Shown here: one piece after another, positions 58,079-64,000 of the stretch | Numbering within the stretch: the stretch's first letter is position 1 | Layout: each line of letters starts with the position of its first letter | Origin: Leptospiraceae bacterium | GTDB lineage: Bacteria > Spirochaetota > Leptospiria > Leptospirales > Leptonemataceae | Direction: 5' to 3' | Assembly: GCA_040217195.1 (NCBI GenBank) | Contig: JAVJNR010000006.1 | Span: 96,001-160,000 of the forward strand | DNA length: 64,000 nt | The notes under the pieces: generated by a model | Seen by the model: the letters and a program-made list of their open reading frames with translations, nothing else | What the model was told of the DNA's origin: nothing | Database searches by the model: none | Position numbers and translations under genes: made by a program

Positions 58079-59854
58079 ATGCAATATGGAACATTGAGAG
58101 GCGAGTCGGTACAGAAGTGCCTCATGCAACTGCGCAGCCAGTATGGGTCCGATGTTTTTGTCATCGATACCCGCGAGATCGCCGAATCCGGTTTTCTGGG
58201 CACCGGTCTGTTTAAGAAAAAAATATTCGAAGTGGATTATATGATCAAGGAGCATAACGCTCCCTATCATCAAAAAAAGTCCCCGGAAAGAAAAGCCTCT
58301 GGAAAAAGAAAAACAGCAGAGCAGGCAGCGCTTTCATTTCTGGCGGGCGGTTCCGGATCCACGGGAGAGGATTCCTGGCCTTCCAACGAGAAGAAGTCCA
58401 GGTCCTCCGAGTATCCTGTTGCGCGCAAAAGGCCGGTATTGAGCCAACCCGGGGAAGCAGAAACTCCAGCCGGGAATGCATCGGCGGCTCGCTCAGATGA
58501 GTTCAAAGTAAGCCCCAGAGAGGACGCTGATTTACCAGAATTGGATCAGCTAATTGCATCTCTGAAAGCCCTGAAAGAGGAGACCGGAAAGGACCTGGAT
58601 CGTAAATCCTCCAATGCAAAAAGCGAGGATGAGTCCGATGCTCGTATGGAGCGGCTCTTAAAGAAGATGGATTCCATGGCCCGGGCCGAAGCATTATCAA
58701 GCACCTCCAGCACCAGATCCGAACCAACATCTGGACAGATGAACGGAGGCAGCAAGCAGCAACTAATCAAGGTAGCCGAGCCGCCCAGCGCGGAAGAAAT
58801 AGATGCTCTATGGTCAGATAAGTACGATCAAGGCAGCTCTGCAGTGGATATGCCCGCTGAAGCTGAAATGAGCGATGAGGAATTGATGGCTGCTGTGGAT
58901 CGAATATCTGCCGGACAGCAGAATTCCGAAAATGGGGCCCCGGTTCGAAAACTGGAAATAAACACCGGTCGGGGATGGCCTGTGGCTGCTCTGGGTGTTT
59001 CCGAAGAGCAAGCCCCGAATCCTCCTTCCAGTGCTGCGGAAAATGTGAATAATCTATCGGCCGCACAGGATCCTACTGCTCGCAAATTCATGCAGATTAG
59101 ACAGAGATTACTGAATTCCAGTCTGTCCAGCGAACTGGCCGATCGAATCATTCGAAGTGTAGATGATAGCCTTTCCAGAAATGACCGACAGCTTCCAGGC
59201 CGAATTGAAGAAGTGACTCTTAGCAAACTTAGCAATATGATTCGAATGGTACCGGACATTGCTCCACCCAGAGGGGAATGTAGAGCTGTAATGCTGGTAG
59301 GCCCCACAGGAAGCGGTAAGACTTCCAGCATAGCCAAGCTGGCTACCCGTTATCTTTTGCACGAAAAAAGGGATGTTTCTATCTATAATCTGGATCTGTA
59401 CAGGCTGGGAGCCACGGAAATGCTCAAGGTTCATGCAGAGATCATTGGAGCTCCTTTCCATGCACCGTTAAGTGTGGATGAGTTCAAAAAGCAAATGGAT
59501 GAAGATCCAGCGGAGATAATGCTAATCGATACTGCGGGTATTAGTGGTCCAGATGGACGTCTGAATGACATCCAGGCCTTTCGGGATGCCTGCCCGGTGA
59601 AGCTGGATGTGCATCTTACAGTGGCTGCTGGCACAGATAGTCGGATGATAGACCGTGTATTTGAGACCTTTGACAACTTCGGATTCGATAAAATTCTGCT
59701 CACAAAGCTAGATGAAACAGATTTTTTTGGCGCATTCATCGAGCATGCCGATAAATTTAACAGGCCGTTCTCATTTTTGATGGATGGTCCAGGTGTGCCC
59801 GGCAATATCATGGATGCCAGACCAGATGACCTTGCCCGGATGCTCCTGGATTGA
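58079..59854 (+). CDS. flhF: Flagellar biosynthesis SRP-family GTPase FlhF
   Basis: N-terminal B-domain, GPTGSGKT, DTAG, TKLDET; followed by flhG. Confidence 0.9.
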   Translation: MQYGTLRGESVQKCLMQLRSQYGSDVFVIDTREIAESGFLGTGLFKKKIFEVDYMIKEHNAPYHQKKSPERKASGKRKTAEQAALSFLAGGSGSTGEDSWPSNEKKSRSSEYPVARKRPVLSQPGEAETPAGNASAARSDEFKVSPREDADLPELDQLIASLKALKEETGKDLDRKSSNAKSEDESDARMERLLKKMDSMARAEALSSTSSTRSEPTSGQMNGGSKQQLIKVAEPPSAEEIDALWSDKYDQGSSAVDMPAEAEMSDEELMAAVDRISAGQQNSENGAPVRKLEINTGRGWPVAALGVSEEQAPNPPSSAAENVNNLSAAQDPTARKFMQIRQRLLNSSLSSELADRIIRSVDDSLSRNDRQLPGRIEEVTLSKLSNMIRMVPDIAPPRGECRAVMLVGPTGSGKTSSIAKLATRYLLHEKRDVSIYNLDLYRLGATEMLKVHAEIIGAPFHAPLSVDEFKKQMDEDPAEIMLIDTAGISGPDGRLNDIQAFRDACPVKLDVHLTVAAGTDSRMIDRVFETFDNFGFDKILLTKLDETDFFGAFIEHADKFNRPFSFLMDGPGVPGNIMDARPDDLARMLLD

Positions 59855-59898
59855 AACAGAAAAGCGGTCTAAAATTTCGTTGAAGAGAGACCGGAAAA

Positions 59899-60852
59899 AT
59901 GGAACGATTCGAAAAGGTCAGAAATGCTCGAACGCAAATGGCGGAGGTTCTGGCTGGAGTCGGTCCGGCCACCGTGCTGGAGCGTGATACATCTATGGAA
60001 AGCATCGCTGAGCAAAGCCCGTCGGGACCCGGAACCGAAAAAACTACCCGAATCATTTCTGTGACATCTGGCAAGGGTGGAGTGGGCAAAACTACAGTAT
60101 CCGTGAATCTGGCCATTAGCATGGCTCAGCTGGGCAAGAAAGTCCTGCTGTTCGACGGAGATCTGGGACTGGCAAACATTAATGTTCTGCTGGGAATCAT
60201 ACCCGAACACAATATCTATGAGGTGATGAAGGGACGTCGAAACCTCAAAGACATCATCATCCCTACAAACTATGGAATAGACATAATCGCAGGTGCCAAT
60301 GGGATTAGCCAGCTGGCCAATCTTAGCGACGATCAACGAGAACATTTCCTTACCGGCCTTGAAGATCTCCCGGGATACGATGTAATGATCATCGATACAG
60401 GAGCTGGCGTAGGGTCCAATGTCATAGGTCTGGTCATGCCGGCCGATGATGTGGTAGTAGTGACCACTCCAGAGCCCACCGCCATCACCGATGCTTATGG
60501 AATGATCAAAAGCATAGTGGCCAACCGGCAGGAAAAGACCATTAAACTGGTAGTGAATCGAGTGCCCACAGCTGTGGAAGCCAAAAGAGTGGCCGATCGA
60601 TTGATTACGATTTCGTCCCAATTCTTAAAGACAAACGTGGAGAATCTGGGCTTTATTTTTGAGGAGAATTTGGTCCAAAAAAGCATTCGGAGTCAACGTC
60701 CTCACGTAATTCTATACCCTGGAGCTAAAAGCTCGGCCTGCATGCAACATGTGGCCGCTCGCCTTCTAAATCGCGAGGTTACAGAAGGGGGAGAGGGCAT
60801 TTCCGGATTCTTTTCCAAAATATTTCAGATGGTAGGGATCGGAAACGACTGA
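59899..60852 (+). CDS. flhG: MinD-like ATPase FlhG/FleN
   Basis: SGKGGVGKT, DGDLGLANI, IDTGAG, TPEPTAITDAY; downstream of flhF. Confidence 0.92.
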   Translation: MERFEKVRNARTQMAEVLAGVGPATVLERDTSMESIAEQSPSGPGTEKTTRIISVTSGKGGVGKTTVSVNLAISMAQLGKKVLLFDGDLGLANINVLLGIIPEHNIYEVMKGRRNLKDIIIPTNYGIDIIAGANGISQLANLSDDQREHFLTGLEDLPGYDVMIIDTGAGVGSNVIGLVMPADDVVVVTTPEPTAITDAYGMIKSIVANRQEKTIKLVVNRVPTAVEAKRVADRLITISSQFLKTNVENLGFIFEENLVQKSIRSQRPHVILYPGAKSSACMQHVAARLLNREVTEGGEGISGFFSKIFQMVGIGND

Positions 60853-60866
60853 TCCCGGGCATCTGA

Positions 60867-61304
60867 ATGTCCCTGCAGATTAAATTCATCGCTGTATTTG
60901 CCCTGCTGGGGCTTGCTGTTTCCCTTGTATTCGGGCTTATGTCTGGAAACAGCTTGACGCACGTACTAATCACTGCTTTGATCTGCACAGTTCTCTCCGC
61001 AGCCCTGGGCGTAGGGGTCTATCAGGTACTGAGGAATCGGGTACCTGAGTTTCTTGACCTGTTAAGTGGCAGCGGGGATGCGTCGGAACTGGCAGACGAA
61101 GATCTGGGCGCGCTGGACGATGCCCTGAATGTGTCCGGGGACGAGGGTCTGCCGGATGGGGACGGAGAAGCTCCGTTCGCCGATGGTGCGGAGCCAGAGA
61201 GAAAGGAATTCGGGGATCATATCCTGGTAGACAAAGTAAAAGTCAAAAACAACCCGCGCCTCATGGCTTCGGCCATTCGCACCATGTTGTCCCGGGATGA
61301 ATAG
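60867..61304 (+). CDS. Hypothetical membrane protein of the spirochete flhF-flhG-fliA locus
   Basis: Two TM helices, acidic linker, C-terminal [12 protein letters not shown]. Confidence 0.8.
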   Translation: MSLQIKFIAVFALLGLAVSLVFGLMSGNSLTHVLITALICTVLSAALGVGVYQVLRNRVPEFLDLLSGSGDASELADEDLGALDDALNVSGDEGLPDGDGEAPFADGAEPERKEFGDHILVDKVKVKNNPRLMASAIRTMLSRDE

Positions 61305-61312
61305 CCTGTCGA

Positions 61313-62110
61313 ATGTCAAAGACCTACGAGAAATATAAAGACGACGATGAACAATCCCTCTGGCAGCGATATCGCAAAGAAGGTCTGCCAGAGCTACGGG
61401 ATTTCTTCGCGGAAAAATACGCACCTCTGGTGAAATACGTGGCCGGCAAAGTGGCCATCGGTATGCCCCAGAATGTTGAGTTCGATGATCTGGTAAGCTA
61501 CGGTTCCTTCGGACTACTGGATGCCATCGAGAAATTTGATCCCAATCGCGATATTAAATTCAAGACTTATGCTATGACCCGTATTCGCGGAGCCATTTTT
61601 GATGAGCTTCGCAGTATTGACTGGATACCTCGAAGTATCCGTCAGAAGGCTCGTCAGGTAGAAGAGATCATTTCCCAGCTTGAAAACAAACTGGGTCATA
61701 CCGTAGAAGATGAAGACATTGCCAAGGAGATGGGTATTTCCGTAGATGAGCTTCAGAGTCTACTTACCAAAATTTCCGGTACTTCCATTATTTCACTTAA
61801 TGACATCTGGTACATGGGTGATGATAACGATGAAGTATCATTCATGGAGACCCTGGAAAGTCCTCAGAACCTGAATCCAGACTCCCTGATTGAAAAAGAA
61901 GAAATCAAAAGCGTTATTGTAGAAGCGATTAAGACTCTGCCAGATAAAGAGAAGAAGGTCATTGTACTCTACTACTACGAAGACCTGACTTTGAAAGAGA
62001 TTGGCGAAGTGCTTGAAGTCACTGAGTCCAGGATTTCGCAGCTACATACAAAGGCCATTATGAGGCTTCGCGGTAAACTTGTGCGTATGAAAAATGCGCT
62101 GAAGAAATAA
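61313..62110 (+). CDS. fliA: RNA polymerase sigma-28 factor FliA/WhiG
   Basis: [59 protein letters not shown]. Confidence 0.96.
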   Translation: MSKTYEKYKDDDEQSLWQRYRKEGLPELRDFFAEKYAPLVKYVAGKVAIGMPQNVEFDDLVSYGSFGLLDAIEKFDPNRDIKFKTYAMTRIRGAIFDELRSIDWIPRSIRQKARQVEEIISQLENKLGHTVEDEDIAKEMGISVDELQSLLTKISGTSIISLNDIWYMGDDNDEVSFMETLESPQNLNPDSLIEKEEIKSVIVEAIKTLPDKEKKVIVLYYYEDLTLKEIGEVLEVTESRISQLHTKAIMRLRGKLVRMKNALKK

Positions 62111-62193
62111 TTTCTGAAGCCTCCTCACAGCTGCCATTTCTATCTTCCATTCGATTATGGATACCCTTGATGCATTCTGATTGAATGCTAATT

Positions 62194-63999
62194 CTAATTC
62201 TTCGCCAGTACCTTTAGGATTTCTTTGCGTAAACCCTCTTTTGTGAAAGGCTTGGTTAGATACGAATCGAAGACTCCGTTGGCCAGGAATTCACCAAGCG
62301 TTTCGTATTCATGGGCTGTTAGGGCTATCACCTTTGGGCTCTGCCCGTTGTTCTGCTGCTTCCATTCTTGTATTAGTGCAGCTCCGTTCTCTCCGTCCAA
62401 TTCGATATCGGAAAGAATGACATCGTATTGATTCTCCTGAAGCTTCTGTACTGCCTGGTCTCCATCGCTGGCTCTATCTAAATGAAAGCTCTCTGCATCA
62501 AGGAAACGTTCCACCAATTTTGCCAGGAGATCTGAATCCTCAATATGTAGCACTCGCACTGGTTCGGCGCTTAAAGCTGTTTCAGAATCACTTTCCAGAA
62601 TCTGTTCCCCTGAAGAATCCAACTGCAGTTGCTCAGACTCTATGGTGGGGGCAGAAGCCAGCGGTAAATTTACAGCGAATCGGGTTCCTACCGGTCTTTC
62701 CGTATCTACTGTGATGTATCCTCCAGCCGTTGTTAATAGTAGTTGTGAGAGATACATTCCCAGACCTGCACCTTTTTCCCCTTCTGTACCCGACCTGGGC
62801 TGCAGTCTTCGACTGGGATCCAGAAGCTCCCTTGCACGGTCTGCCTCCATGCCAATGCCGGTATCATCGATCATGATTATTATTGTATCTACCTGGTGAG
62901 AAGTGTGTATTCTAACCTCCCCTCCCTTTGCTGTGTACTTGATTGCATTCATGGCAATGTTTCGCACCACAACTTCCAGAGAATTGGAATCAATGGAGAC
63001 CAGGCACTCTTCAGCCGGAGGGTCCAGTAGCAATCTGACTCCTTTTTGCTCACTGCGAAAATGAATATCTTTGAATACTCTTTCCAGGCTACGTCGAACA
63101 TTGCTTTGCAGATTCTCACTTCGGTCGGATGCGGAAGCTCTGGCCCATTCCAGTAGTCTTTGCAATAGATCCAATGCATCCTGAATACTGCCACGCAGTA
63201 AATCCAGCTCTGTACCGCGCAGGGCTTCATTACTTCTGGATACATGATCCAGGAGAGTGTAGCCAGTAGCCAGCGGTCCTCTCAGATCGTGGCTGAGAAC
63301 AGAAAGGACGATTCTCTGAAACTCCTGGTTTCTGTAAGATTTCTGATTTGCCTCGATAAGATCTGTTACGGTGCTTGCGTTGCGAAGTGCCAGGACAACG
63401 TAGGGGCTTATACTCAACAGGATCTCTCTTGTATTGCTACCAAATGGGTAGTTGCCTGCTCTTTGGAAGAAGATCAGGGCCCGCAACCTATCGCCTTCTC
63501 GAACCGGAATGCAGATAGAGGACGGAAGATCGTACGGATGTGGCCAGTTTTGCAGATCCGAATCCACGTCCTGCGGACTACAGTCTCTATATAGAGATTT
63601 AATTTCGCTTATCTCCGGCGTATAGTTCTTGATATCGCTCTGGGAAAAGGGAGCGGAATACAGGGCTTGCTGTTCTGGAATGTAGATGGAGAGCCGCTCC
63701 AGGTGAAATGTTCCCTTCAAGGACTGAAAAAGATTCAATGCAATGGTGCCAGCGGAATCGCATCCAATCAGGGACCGGGCAACGTTACTTAGAATCTCTG
63801 CTGATCTGAGGGATGCACCAATTCGGGCCTGTTCCTGCGTGGCTCTGGCAGCGCCATGTGCCAGGGCTGCAACATGACCCAGAAGAAAGAATAGAAGCCC
63901 CAGAGATACCAGGTAAGGACTCTGAAGAAGGTTCAGCTCTACGAGAATATCGTGAATCACGAAAACTGAAAGTGCCAGGAAACCGACGCCCATCAGGAT
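62194..63999 (-). CDS. Hybrid sensor histidine kinase/response regulator (5'-truncated)
   Basis: TM helices (IHDIL, 7TM-DISM-like), GAF, SHDLRGP H-box, NAIKY, DTGIG, GAGLG, receiver (IEDS, SDIEL, TKPF); frame open to the window end. Confidence 0.92.
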   Translation of the reverse strand: MLMGVGFLALSVFVIHDILVELNLLQSPYLVSLGLLFFLLGHVAALAHGAARATQEQARIGASLRSAEILSNVARSLIGCDSAGTIALNLFQSLKGTFHLERLSIYIPEQQALYSAPFSQSDIKNYTPEISEIKSLYRDCSPQDVDSDLQNWPHPYDLPSSICIPVREGDRLRALIFFQRAGNYPFGSNTREILLSISPYVVLALRNASTVTDLIEANQKSYRNQEFQRIVLSVLSHDLRGPLATGYTLLDHVSRSNEALRGTELDLLRGSIQDALDLLQRLLEWARASASDRSENLQSNVRRSLERVFKDIHFRSEQKGVRLLLDPPAEECLVSIDSNSLEVVVRNIAMNAIKYTAKGGEVRIHTSHQVDTIIIMIDDTGIGMEADRARELLDPSRRLQPRSGTEGEKGAGLGMYLSQLLLTTAGGYITVDTERPVGTRFAVNLPLASAPTIESEQLQLDSSGEQILESDSETALSAEPVRVLHIEDSDLLAKLVERFLDAESFHLDRASDGDQAVQKLQENQYDVILSDIELDGENGAALIQEWKQQNNGQSPKVIALTAHEYETLGEFLANGVFDSYLTKPFTKEGLRKEILKVLAKN

Positions 64000-64000
64000 T

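Noticed and set aside
59869..60621. 250-aa minus-strand His-rich ORF
   Set aside because: Antisense shadow of flhG.
1..64000. CRISPR arrays, tRNA/rRNA genes, IS elements, prophage or defence islands
   Set aside because: No regularly spaced direct repeats, cloverleafs, transposase, integrase or nuclease motifs seen by eye; short RNAs could have been missed.

Overview
Gene-dense chromosomal window of a bacterium, roughly 50% GC by eye. It is most likely a Leptospiraceae spirochete (inference from the flhF-flhG-hypothetical-fliA block, Leptospira-type SpoIIE and lipoproteins, and a CNG K+ channel). I saw no rRNA, tRNA, CRISPR array, transposase or phage genes. Recognisable content: two TetR-regulated enzyme modules, eutBC, a P2-type ATPase, an M23 peptidase, two sigma54 activators, fbaB, the flagellar regulators and several large lipoproteins. 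Five things stand out. (1) A tiny basic ORF (41740-41961, minus) has an ArfA-like Y-x-R-x-x-K-H motif and an intrinsic terminator inside its coding sequence, the hallmark of tmRNA-regulated ribosome-rescue factors. (2) A pore-less voltage-sensor protein with a HAMP-like domain sits just upstream of a cyclic-nucleotide-gated K+ channel. (3) A tightly packed operon encodes an acyltransferase, an MFS transporter, a YdbH/AsmA-like protein, a YnbE/YdbL-like lipoprotein and a ~2750-aa propeller/TPR/CHAT-like lipoprotein. (4) A membrane-anchored sigma54 activator has its probable enhancer array, -24/-12 promoter and target all visible. (5) A sigma54 promoter predicts a leaderless eutBC mRNA. All family assignments are by-eye motif recognition; no searches were run.
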